Below, piece after piece: positions 39,881 through 51,633 of a stretch of DNA of 64,000 nucleotides. This DNA comes from Chrysomallon squamiferum. Lineage: Eukaryota > Animalia > Mollusca. The translations under genes and the position numbers were made by a program. The notes beneath the pieces were generated by a model, which saw only the letters and a program-made list of their open reading frames with translations, was not told where the DNA came from and searched no databases. The stretch is taken from positions 31,744,001 to 31,808,000 of the forward strand of contig CM022665.1 of assembly GCA_012295275.1 (NCBI GenBank), written 5' to 3'. Every line of letters starts with the position of its first letter. Position 1 is the stretch's first letter.

Positions 39881-40927
39881 TTGTTTAAACAGGGGCTAGA
39901 ATAGAGGTAGTAGCATTAGCTGATGTTTCAGACCAGTGCTGTAACAGTCAAGCACCAGTTTGCTTCCATTGTTTTGTACTCATCAATAATGTTTTGTTTG
40001 TTGAAAATACTTGTCAAGAAAGTGTTTATCCAGGTAAACAGATGTGCAACCTTCTTCCTTGTTGTATAGTGATTTTCATTCAGATATTATTATTATTATC
40101 ATTGTTGTTGTTGTTATTATTATTATCTCATAATTATTACATATCATCATTTCATAATTGATATTGTTATTATTATCATTATCATTATCATTGTTACTAT
40201 TTTGTTCTCGTCATTTTTGAAGTACCTGAAACTTTTAGAATGTTTATACATTATTATTATTATGGTTAGTGTCATCATCAACATTATTATTACTATCACT
40301 ACTACTGTAACAACTATTATTAATGCTTCTACACCTACCACTACTTTTATCACTAAAGCCACTATAATATTTGTAACTACTACTGCTCTTTTTGTTACTA
40401 CTACAAATATTATTATTACTGCTACAGTCTCTACAACTACTGCTTTTCCTACAACTACTGCTGTTATTTTATTGTTGTTGTTGTTCTTCTTCTTAAACTT
40501 TAAAATAAACTTATCACTGCATACATAACATAAAATAAAAACAAAAAATCATATGGAGCTGAAAAGCTGAAGGCACAGTTTTGGATAAAAATAAATTAAT
40601 TACTCTTTTCTGTAAAAGAATATATGTTTATTCTGCAAATAACCAAGAAACAAACTTTTTTTATATGTATTGTATGTATATGCCATCATACCAGTGTAAT
40701 ATTTTGACAAAATCCATACTCATATAGATATTTTTGTTTGTGTTTACAGAAGCCTCAGAAAATAACTCAGATTTTAAAATATTGGAATTATAATTATTTT
40801 GACATTTATAATCAAATACAAGATATATTAATTAAATTATGACACTGAAGACAGTGATGGTTAAAAAAACAAAGACAAACTAATATTCATGACTAAAATG
40901 CTTTACTGAAATATCTGAGTTCTGTTT

Positions 40928-41262
40928 TTAGCAGGTACCAGGAACACATGCTGTTTTAGCTTGATCCCAGACTGTGCCATTTGCACAATTTTGGATAATG
41001 CCTTTGCCATTCACACAATAGATGAATTTCCCACAGACATTGGCTGGACGATAAGCCACTCCAGTTGCTGGGCAGTTTTTGTACATTTCTGGAGAAGGTG
41101 CAAGCACAAGGGCAGCATCATCTATGCAGTTGTTAATGACAGAGTTCCAGAAAGTACCCGGTCTGCATTCCATCAGATCTGCAACATCTCCATTGCACTG
41201 GTAGAACCGTCTTATGTTGTGTGGATTAGCTATATATGTAGGTTTATCAGGGGGACATCGAT
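40928..41262 (-). CDS. Gene A, terminal exon with two chitin-binding type 2 (CBM14) domains
   Basis: ttttag|AT CGA TGT. Encodes DRCPPDKPTYIANPHNIRRFYQCNGDVADLMECRPGTFWNSVINNC...CPATGVAYRPANVCGKFIYCVNGKGIIQNCANGTVWDQAKTACVPGTC*; C...FxxC...CxxGTxW...C signatures. Total CDS 67+192+335=594 nt. Confidence 0.9.
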
Positions 41263-41591
41263 CTAAAATGTGTAATAATATACACACATACTTATAAGTA
41301 TTAATAGAATATATAAACATACATATGTACATACACAGCACACACACACAACACATGTATGTACCTACTACCTACCTACATACCTACTTATGTACATACA
41401 TACACACCCTTATATATAAACATACATATTCACACAATATGTACATGCAGAGACACACATGTACCCATTCATTAATTATGATATAAAAAATATACAATTT
41501 ATATCATGCTTTCACAGAATGTGGCCCTTAAAATGAATCAAGGATATGCATTATATAATATTTATATTACTGACATTAATATAACACTCAC

Positions 41592-41783
41592 CTCCACATT
41601 TGTCTGTATTGCAGATCACATTCCGTGTCTGGACACTGGACCCCGAACAGTAACTTCCACCATATCGAGGTGATGGATTGTTGCACGACCTAGTTCTTTT
41701 CTGATCTTTGTTTCCAGATCCACAGAGCCTAGAACATTCATCAATGTCCTTCCAAGAAGACCAGCTATTCCAGCCACCATTAA
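41592..41783 (-). CDS. Gene A, TSP1 exon (192 nt, phase 1-1)
   Basis: ggttag|TT AAT GGT...GGA G|gtgagt. Encodes INGGWNSWSSWKDIDECSRLCGSGNKDQKRTRSCNNPSPRYGGSYCSGSSVQTRNVICNTDKCG. Confidence 0.9.
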
Positions 41784-42148
41784 CTAACCATAAATAAGAT
41801 ATTTAAGTTTATAACAAATGTAAATTATAGTTAAATGATTGGTGCAAAGACTTTTGGCCTCATATTATATCTTGGGAAGTAAGAACTTCAATTTACCCAC
41901 TGGGCTATTTCCCTTTTCTGCAAATACCTCATGATGTAAACACAAGTAAAGACAAACCATTTACAGTTTATCATTGTGTATATATTTTATCAGTTTGTGA
42001 AAAACCATTGTTAATGAATTATAAAGCTATAAGATACATAAACCAGTTCTAAGAAATTATAAAGTTACAACAAAGCCTAACTTTGTTGAGTTACACTTAT
42101 GTTCAGATGCTGCTCTATAACAGGGTAACATTGTTGAGTTATACTTAC

Positions 42149-42215
42149 TTGGCCAGTGCCAGGCTTCAATCGACACCAGTAGTACACATACCATTAACAG
42201 TGTAAACAGTTTCAT
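42149..42215 (-). CDS. Gene A (secreted SP-TSP1-CBM14-CBM14, 197 aa), signal-peptide exon
   Basis: tcatag|ATG...CCA A|gtaagt. Encodes MKLFTLLMVCVLLVSIEAWHWP, phase 1. Probable non-coding first exon ends at the AAG|gtaagt donor at 42510. Confidence 0.85.
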
Positions 42216-45200
42216 CTATGATAAAATACAGAAAAAATATAAACGTATACAGATATATATGCACACATACATACATACATACATACAGAAACACACACAC
42301 TCACACTTATACATAAAGAAGAAATCTGGTCACAAAAGAAAATGTCACACCCTTGGAAATTCTTCCAACCTCCTTGAAAAAAGGATAAACATAGCCATCC
42401 CAAGTATATAAAAAACAAAAATAAATTAACGAAAATAAATTATTAAAAATATTAAACAAACAACCAAAGCAAAATAAATAATTTTACCTAAAAATAATGT
42501 ATAACTTACCTTTGGATTGCAGATTATTTCAATCTGTTGTATGTACAAATTCAAAAACTATATATAGATAAATGGTGAGAATTCTAACACAATAACTGGA
42601 ACAAACACTGAAATAGAGAACTGCCAAAATGAAATCAATACACAGATACCTATTTGATATGACAAAGAACCATTTTAAACTAACTCACATTGGAGACATC
42701 TGTTGTTTTATCAAACATTTTCTCCATATTAAGTTACTCTTGATGAAAAAGAGATATCATTGGAAATATTTAGATTTTTGTTTTAATAATCAGGTAAACG
42801 CCTCGTGCACATACAACTAGGAAAGAAAGTTCAGCACAACAATTCCAGGATCACTTCACCTAACTATGATATCTGGGTTATTTTCCCATTTCTACTAAAG
42901 CTGTGTGTCATTTCTTTCAGATCAACAGTATGTTAAAAAATTAAGTCTCACCCCAACTGTCAGTAATAAAATTATTGTGGTATCTTCATATAACTTCTCA
43001 TTCATTCAGTTATTCATATATACAAGAACTACTCCAGTTTCTCAACATAGTCTTTCATTAGTTTCATCCTTGAGTTTTAATTTCTATCACAACATTATCT
43101 TGCTGTTGTGATAGGCAAAAAACCATATTAGAATAATCAAAACCTTGGATTGTATCTCATAAATGGTAATTTCAAAAGGTTACTTTTTAGGGTTCTTTAA
43201 ATCACTAGTTATTGTATTCAGTCCTACTGAAATTACCCAAACAATAATAAAATCAGATTAAGATTTTAGTCAAGACTATGACGTTTTTAAGATAATTACT
43301 TAAAATAAAAATAAAAAAAGAAGAAATAATAATAATAATACACATATTTATATATAATATTCATTTCATTCAGTAATCTTGTGCTCACAAAATACTTATG
43401 TAAGACATGTTCTTTGTGATGCTTTATGTATGTTGCCACCATTAATCTATCACTGTACATTAGTAATCAGAAATAACAACTCCACTCACAAGCTGATAGT
43501 CTCATTTAAAACAACCATTTACAACCATGTTCTTATTATTAACTGTTTTTTAATAGTTACCTTTGTCTGGGATGTACAGCCCAAATCTTTTTTGTTTGTA
43601 TTTAAAGAGTACCTTTGATGATAAGAAAAGAAAGTCTATATTTTACATCATGACAAGTTACATTTCAAATTATTTTTCATGTTGTCCAGTGTTAATAATG
43701 AAATATAAAAACAAAAGCGAATAGTTTAAAAATATCTGAATAACACCATTTTTCTTTTGACATAACATCATCATGTACAGGATTTAGGTATGTTTTGTGT
43801 GCCTAACATCTAAAGGGGTGGGGTGAACCACTGGAACTAGTAATCTCATTTAGGCAAAATAACCTGACATGAGAAACATATACCATCAATTTATTCATTC
43901 AGTGAACAGAGTAGACTATATGGAGAGACTTTTAAACTTAAAAATATAAGATGATTTGCTTTTACTCTGTACAACTGTGGATACTAGTAAATGTAAGTGA
44001 CTTTGGTTTCAAGATATGGAATGAATTAATGTAAACAGTACCTCATCATTTTATAATTGCTTTCTGTCATTCATATATACATATTTGTATATATCTATAT
44101 ATGGCTGGATGTAATAATGTTGATCATAATATGATGTGCTGCTTCAGGTTTCATGAGAAAGGTGAAGAGAATCAGTCCTTTGACCATCTGTTGCTTTGGC
44201 CATCATCTCCCTTTCAGCTTTGCACACGTTATCAGTGTTAGAACATTTTTATTTGAAACCTCAAAGTCTATATTGTTGTCATCCATGTGTCAACACTACA
44301 AAAATTGAGAAACATTATGTATCTTTGTTTAAAGTACACAGAAATTCAGGTGTTACTGAAATACAATATTTTGTGAAATCTGTTATCAAGTAAAGTGATT
44401 CCTGTAAAACTGACAGTTGAGAAATGTCCTTCTCAATCAGTGATTGCAATCAGTCAAAAACACACAATAGTGTTCAACAGCTGGGCCCACTCTTTACAGT
44501 TTCCATGAAAGATAATGCATAAACTTTGTATCCATCTATAAAATCAGGGCAGATCAAGGGTTTGTCTCGATTTTCAGAAAAGGGGACTTCTCAATGTTTT
44601 TTTTTTATTATTATTCTCATTTTTTGAAATTTCTGAATATATGAATGAAAAAGAAATTCATTGATAAAGATAGTGAAGGTGAGAAAAGACAGAAAAACAG
44701 ACATAAAATAAATAGAAAATTAAAATGGAATTAAAAAGAGAAAGTTAGGTTAATTTTAGTATTATGGGCAATAAATGGTATTCATTTTAATCAAAAGTTG
44801 ATGTATTCTTATCTTGTTGGCAGCTTTAATAACACTTCTCTTTAAAATGGCTATTCAGTGTTTTTCAAGGCTGTAAACAAGGAAGAGCAAATAGAAGAAC
44901 AATCACTTTTTTCTGAAGTGAAAGTCTTTTGATGAAAATCGTGATTTCATGAATAATAAACTACAAGAAATTATAAACTACAAGATACACTTCGTGAAAG
45001 CTTTTGATTGATATCTAAGAGGCTCAATATCAAATGTTTTCAGTGACAATAAAACCATAGTGATTTTTAAACAAAGCCAAAACCCAAGTCATGTTTACTC
45101 ATACTCTGTTTTAGAAGTAATATTCCATTTCTCTGAGAATGTTTTTCTAGCCTTTTGAAAAGACACTGAAAAGCCTGTTGTTTAAAAACCAGGAAACCAT

Positions 45201-45594
45201 ATGATGGGAAGCAAAAAGTAAAAAAAAGAGAACAAACTGATCATTTAGAATAATTAAAAAAATGTTCCACGTGGGTGTGTTCAAACTTCATGTGACAATA
45301 TTTTAGAGACAGCTATTCTTTTGAGAATAATTAATTTTCTCATAAAAATTAATCAATACAGAGAGAATAAAAAAAATAAAATAAAAAGGACATATATTAG
45401 TGGAAGAAAATGTATTGATGTACTCACTGTAGCTAATGAAATTTATTCTATATAAGAATAATTACATCATACACTGAAAGTAAAAATATATTTATACATA
45501 ACGGGTCTGGAAGTGAGTATAAAAAGAAAACACCAACAAAACTAAAAACAGATTTAAAACCAGAAGATCTTTAAAGTAAAAACAATCTATTAAA

Positions 45595-45948
45595 ATGAAG
45601 GAAAACAAATACACTATATTTCTCTTGTTTACTATAACTGGTGTATTTATTTATGAATATTCTTGTCTACAGAACGGTTTAAAGACAGAGAATTTTTCAA
45701 AATTAGATGTTAAGTTAGAAGTTCTGTCATCTGGGATGAATGTTGTCCCTGTAGAACTGAACTGGATATCATCCAGTCTGAAGTGTGCCATTGTCTGTTC
45801 ACACACAAAATGGTGTTCTGGTTACCTTGTTTGCAAGAATCTGTCAAAGTGTCTCTGTGCATTCCTGAAAGTGACTGAGAACATCACTGAACAGACATAT
45901 GAAAAATATGATTCATGTTTTATTTTCATGCCACCAGACTTTCAAATG
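45595..45948 (+). CDS. Gene C (SP-PAN/apple-like-Thr linker-FReD, 362 aa), exon 1: signal peptide + PAN-like domain
   Basis: Hydrophobic N-terminus; SSSLKCAIVCSHTKWCSGYLVCKNLSKCLCAFL Cys pattern; ATG|gtaagt phase 0 donor; TATAAAAA at 45518-45525. Confidence 0.85.
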
Positions 45949-46225
45949 GTAAGTAATGCACCAATTTTCATATAATGTATAAACTATTAAGTCTGATTTT
46001 TATTTTCAGTATGAGATATAAATATGAGAGCTCAATAAAAAAATATATATATGATGTTTCGCAATTTGCATACATTTATAATTTTCATTTTGTATTTAGT
46101 CTTGTCATGGATATGTGGAAAAGGTATTTAAAATAGGCAATTGTAAGTGAACAAATGATTTATTAATTAATTTATTAATTTTATTAATTAATTAATGATT
46201 ATTATTATTATTTTATTACTGTCAC

Positions 46226-46259
<34 letters not shown>

Positions 46260-46314
46260 GTTAGTATTTCTTAAGACAAAATTCATCATGCTTTTCATAC
46301 ATATTATATAACAG

Positions 46315-46426
46315 AATTTGCCCACAACAACTGTATCTACTACATTGTCACCATCTTCTACAACTGAAAAAGCATCAGCTACTGCAAATACTACTGTATC
46401 TTCAGCAGTAACCTCATATTATAGAG
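46315..46426 (+). CDS. Gene C, exon 2: Ser/Thr-rich linker (phase 0-1)
   Basis: aacag|AAT...AGA G|gtaag. Encodes NLPTTTVSTTLSPSSTTEKASATANTTVSSAVTSYYR; joins exons 1 and 3 in frame. Confidence 0.85.
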
Positions 46427-46761
46427 GTAAGAATTTATTACTGTAAAGGAAAAATCTAATTAAATCTGTGATACATTTGGTGAAGAGGAAGATCAAGGAA
46501 AGATATCAGTATTAAAGTGTTACATTTAAGTTTAATCTTTAAAAAAGCCACTCATACATTTAAAAAATATATTCTATTTTTATGAATGTTATCACACACA
46601 TGCACATGATTGCATGCATGCATGCATCCATATGTATGCACATATATATATAGAGAGACAACTAGATAGACAGATACAAAAAGACAGGTATGTAGATAAA
46701 TAGATAGACAGACAGACAAACAAACAGATAAATTATCAGGAATACTCTTTTTCTATTTCAG

Positions 46762-47384
46762 ACTGCAAAGAAGCTTATAAAACGAATCGTAAAGATGGTA
46801 TATATTACATTAAACCAGATGGTTATCCACAACCATTCAAAGCCAAATGCAGAAATCATTTGTTTAAGAAACAAATTTTCATTCAACAAAATTCTTTTGA
46901 AATCTGCCACAACACATCTTTTAACCAGTCATGGGCTGCCTATAGTGATGGATTTGGTGATCTGGAATATTTCAAATGCAGCTTCTGGTTGGGTAACAAA
47001 AAATTGGTTGCCTTAACTGCTGAAGGGCAATACAAACTTAAAATATATGCATACAGGGATGGTAGCAAAATTTATGACAAAGATACTTACTTACAATTTA
47101 TTATGAGAAATGAATCCTTTAATTTTGAAATGGTGTACAGTTCACATAAATCTAATTGGTTTGGTTTAGACGATGGATTTCATTCAGAAAATAGATTTAA
47201 TCCATTCTACACATATGACCATGACAGTGTTGGAAACTGTGCATCTGTACAAGGATCTGGATGGTGGTTTGACAAAAGCTGTGTTCGCTTGAGCCTCAAT
47301 GTTGATCAAAATCCACAGTGGTATAAAGATGGGAAGCTAAAAACTTACAAATATTTTTACATGGTTTTAGAGGATTCATCATGA
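46762..47384 (+). CDS. Gene C, exon 3: fibrinogen-related domain (FReD/FBG)
   Basis: tttcag|AC TGC. Encodes DCKEAY...DGIYYIKPDG...SFNQSWAAYSDGFGDL...SFWLGN...FYTYDHDSVGNCASVQGSGWWF...; AATAAA at 47471. Confidence 0.92.
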
Positions 47385-48679
47385 AGTTTTTATGAATATA
47401 ATGATGTGTAAGAAGCATACTACAAAGATTACAGTGACATAACAGACATATAAGATATATTCTTGTTCTGAATAAAAAACTTAGTAATATTCTTAGATGA
47501 TTTTAAAGAATTCATAATAATAATATTAATTCTGATATAACGATTTATGAGAAGTGCACATTAAGGACTATAATGACATAACAAAAATGGAAAATATTGT
47601 ATGCTTGGTGTAAGTTAAATATTTTTTCATCATATTACATGATTCATTACACTACTGTTCATATTAATACAGGAAACAGACTAGAAAGCTTAATGACATA
47701 ACTGTAATGAGAGACAATGTATTTGGAAATTAAATGAAAATATTTTGAAAGATCTTTTCACAGTTCAAGACTTTTCTCAGAATTAATACCAGAACTAGAA
47801 ATTAGATACATGTGGAACCATCTTGAAATTAAGTGTCTGTAACATTATGTTGACTAACAAGTAATGTATGATTTTATTTAAAATCAATCAAAAATAAAAA
47901 TGCTTTTTTCAAATATAATTCTACATTTACAAATATAGTTCTACATAAAGGCAGCTACCTTAAACTACATAAGTGTAGTTATATATACAGAGGGTTTTTT
48001 ATATTATGTACTGCTTTGGTGACTGCAGTCAAATTAATTATTTGTTTGTTGCTAATTTTTCTTTTAAATTAATATTTGGTACAAAGAATAGTTTATGAAA
48101 TACAAATGATGATACATATTTTTGAAATAGTAAACCAAAAATAGACAATTGCTTGTTTTCATGAGACGTCAAACCATTTGGTTTTTCTATCATGCAAAAT
48201 CTAGAAAAAATTACTGTTTTATTAGAACTGTAGATTATAAACATTATGTCACAGATAATTAACTGACTAATTATTAATTATTAAATGAAATATATTTTAT
48301 GAACTTGGAAGACTTAAGTATATCACTGGCCTTGTTAAATGCTGTAACTAGTGAAGCAAAAAAATCATGTTACACAACGTGCTTGTGTATATAATACAAA
48401 CTAGTGATGTCAATGAAAACAAATAACTAAAATTTGTAGTATCTAGTCTCACCTTAGTATCTTAATGATAATAGTGATGCAAAATGTTCTTAAAGGAATG
48501 TTTGAATTAAAATAGCAACAACAGCAAATAAAATATTATGTTGACATTCAATACAACTCTCTTTCTCACCATACAGTAAAATAGAGATATTTAAACAGAA
48601 TAACTAGTGTTATAAAATGTTCTAAGACACAAATGATGAAAAAATGTTATGTTTAATATTTACTCTCTCTCTCACTAGG

Positions 48680-48681
<2 letters not shown>

Positions 48682-48742
<61 letters not shown>
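48682..48742. repeat. (CT)n microsatellite
   Basis: Perfect CT run between genes C and D. Confidence 0.95.
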
Positions 48743-48746
<4 letters not shown>

Positions 48747-49145
48747 CAGTGGTATAATACATTGGTGCATTTTTTTAAAAATCTATTTTTGAGGAATAGC
48801 ATTCTACCTTTTAAGCAGTTCTTTAATAGATTTTCATTTTGACGGATATAGATCTGAATATTTGTTTAAAAATATATATTATTTCTAAAAACTTGAGAAG
48901 TGTTAAATATTTTTCCATCCATATTTATCTTTTGTGATAAAATTAGTAATTTATTGATAATTTTTTTATTCACTATTTCCAAACATTCAGGAGAGCTCAG
49001 AAAGCTGAAGTAATTAATTATTATGTATAATACATTATCTTGTATTGTTACTTTATAGTGTAATAAAAGCTAAACACAAAACAGAAAAGACTGGTCAATT
49101 CTGAATATACTGGGACCTGTATCAAAAGTCTAATTAATTACTGAT

Positions 49146-49176
<31 letters not shown>

Positions 49177-50003
49177 GGGATTATTATAGCATACATCATA
49201 AAAAAATGTGTGCATGTAAATGTTTTTATAATATTCTGTGAATATTCGTTGCAGTAAAAGTAAAGAAGACAAACATTAAAGATGTTTACTTCAAATTATT
49301 TTGAGTACAAACAAAGGCAATCTGACTATTGTTGTTTAGTACAAAAGTTGACAATTTAATCAGTAGCATGTTGTTTACTGTGTTGTGATGAAGTTTTGTA
49401 AAAACAATAATGTTTTCTCTTGTTCATGTTTAGAAAATAATTCTACAGAGTAAGGGACATTTACTTATAATCTTTTTTTTATATCGCATTTTGTCTTTAC
49501 AAAGTTTTACTAAAGCAAAAATGTTGTTCCTTTTGTGTTTAAATTTAGAAAGCAACTGTACAGAATAAAATACATTTACCCATACTCTTTCTTTGTAATG
49601 CTTTGCCTTTATTTCAAGAATCTGTTGGTGGTTTATATTTTCCATAGAAACATGTACATAAGATATAATTTGCTGAAAGTAAATGACTCCCTTTAATTTC
49701 CTCTAACCCATTATAATCTTAAATGTACTCACATTGATTAGAATAAATGCAAGGATGGTATGTCTCCATTCAGTAATCAAGACTCCATTCAAAACAAAAC
49801 CATTTCATGATCAACCATGTAAACAAAACAAAATCCTGGTTTAAGAAAAACAGGCATTATCAAAATTGCTGAAGCCAAAGCATTAATTTATATACAAATA
49901 AGACTGTTTGTAAAGCAAAGTAAAAATATATATTTAGGTTCAGCACAAGTCACACACTTGACAGAACTAGAAAGGTTTTCAAAGGAGTGATGATGAGACA
50001 GGC

Positions 50004-50354
50004 ATGAAGAAAACAACAGCTTCTGTTTGTGTGTGGTTCTTTATTCTTTACCAGTTTCTGGTAAAATGCTATTGTCTGCAGACTGGACTAGAGATATTAT
50101 TTTTCCAGAAAACTGATGCTGGAATAGAATTTTTTGAATCTCAAGTAAATTTTACAGTCAGTGAACAAGAATGGGTGTCATCATCTGCACAATGTGCAAC
50201 AAGCTGTGCTGAAAGTGACTGGTGTAGAGGCTACTTTATATGTAAACACAGTCACAAGTCACTTTGTTCTTTTCTGAAAATCAACAATCAAATGAGTGAG
50301 GATTATTCTGACTATTTAGCCTGCCTCTTCTACCTGCCATCAGACTTTCAGCTA
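50004..50354 (+). CDS. Gene D (paralogue of C, 385 aa), exon 1: signal peptide + PAN-like domain
   Basis: WVSSSAQCATSCAESDWCRGYFICKHSHKSLCSFLK...PSDFQL|gtaagt; colinear with gene C exon 1. Confidence 0.85.
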
Positions 50355-50419
50355 GTAAGTCCCTTTACTTTGACCTTCTTTCCTTCTTTTTCACTTAATT
50401 CATTAATTACTTTATTACT

Positions 50420-50478
50420 GACCCAATAGCCAATCTGTTTTTTATGCTGGGGTGTCATTAAACATTCATTTATTCATT
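50420..50478 (-). mobile_element. Short interspersed repeat fragment (copy 2, inverted) in gene D intron 1
   Basis: acccaatagccaatctgttttttatgctggggtgtcattaaacattcatt; its reverse complement aligns with 37025-37085. Confidence 0.65.
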
Positions 50479-50923
50479 TTTATTATTATTTTACTCTTAT
50501 TATTAATGTAATGTTTAATTACACTAATTAGAAAGGCAAATATATATATATTATTTCTTTAAAAAGAAAAGAAAAAAGAATTTTAATTAATTGATCTTAG
50601 TACAAGATTTCATGTTTTTAGATAGATGTAGTTGCATTAGATCAATTATAATTATGTTGCAGTGTAGTAGGTTTGTAAGTCAAGAGACACATTTACAAAT
50701 ATTATAGCAGTCTGTTTAACTGGGTTATGTTCCACCATATTTAATGCTGGATGAGGGCATTCTAGAAGATCACAGATAGCCATTATACTTGCAATACATG
50801 GTTGCGAGTGATCAAATTTATTTCTAAAATAGAAGAGTTTATGTTAAGACCAACATCTCTAATGTGAATTATTTGTTTTACTCATTATTGTCATCAGCAT
50901 TTTTTTATTTTATTTTATAACAG

Positions 50924-51119
50924 CCAAAGAAGACAAAGACAAAAACAGTGACAACAACGACACCAACAACAACAATAACACCAATGACAACAACAGCATT
51001 GTCTCTTTCAGTTCAAACATATACCACTCCATCCTATTGTAACAATGAAGCCTTTAAACCTAGCACAAGTAATGGATGTCAGTATGGACTAAAACCTGGA
51101 TGCAAGGATTATTACAAAG
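50924..51119 (+). CDS. Gene D, exon 2: Thr-rich linker plus 3-Cys segment (phase 0-1)
   Basis: aacag|CCA...AAA G|gtaaaa. Encodes PKKTKTKTVTTTTPTTTITPMTTTALSLSVQTYTTPSYCNNEAFKPSTSNGCQYGLKPGCKDYYK. Confidence 0.83.
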
Positions 51120-51633
51120 GTAAAAAGGTAGTCATAAAATCAAAATGCTAAAATCGAGAATTGTTAACATTTTTCTGTTTCAAAATACTATTTTACATGA
51201 TACTATAGGGACTAACATTAAATAATAATATTAATAAAATAAACCTTCATAGAAGACTGAACATTTTAAGTATAGGCCTGTAAATCCAAACTTCTGTTTT
51301 ATTCACAATCAAAAAACCAGTCTTTTGTGATAATAAAATGAATATGCATAAAGGAATTAAGTTCCTATTTTCCCTCCTTTTACATATAGTTTCAAAATGG
51401 CATCTGACATAGAAATGAAAATGAACTGAAGATACTAATACAATTGATTTTATTTGTTATAGACACTGACACATACCTTCTTTGTTTAATTATAACTGTT
51501 TTTTAAAACATTTTATTACTGTTTTATTAATCTAATCCTTTTGACTAAACAACAATGTTATCATTATCATTATCATCTTCATAATCATCATCATCATGAT
51601 GTTCACTATCATCATCATTAAAATTTCTTCCAG

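Noticed and set aside
40202-40528. Thr-rich mucin-like ORF
   Set aside because: Degenerate (ACT/ATT)n microsatellite with no ATG start and no splice context.
44150-44400. Possible third, decayed PAN-FReD first exon
   Set aside because: Only vague similarity; Cys pattern not recoverable and no FReD remnant follows.
46605-46630. TGCATG (Rbfox) cluster in gene C intron 2
   Set aside because: Part of a (TGCA)n microsatellite, and the adjacent exon is phase 0-1 so skipping it would frameshift.
42040-47790. NF-kB-like (GGGTTATTTTCCC 42875, GGGGACTTCTC 44582) and STAT-like (TTCTAAGAA 42047, TTCTCAGAA 47774) sites near the secreted genes
   Set aside because: Short or imperfect matches expected by chance; no clustering I can defend without conservation data.
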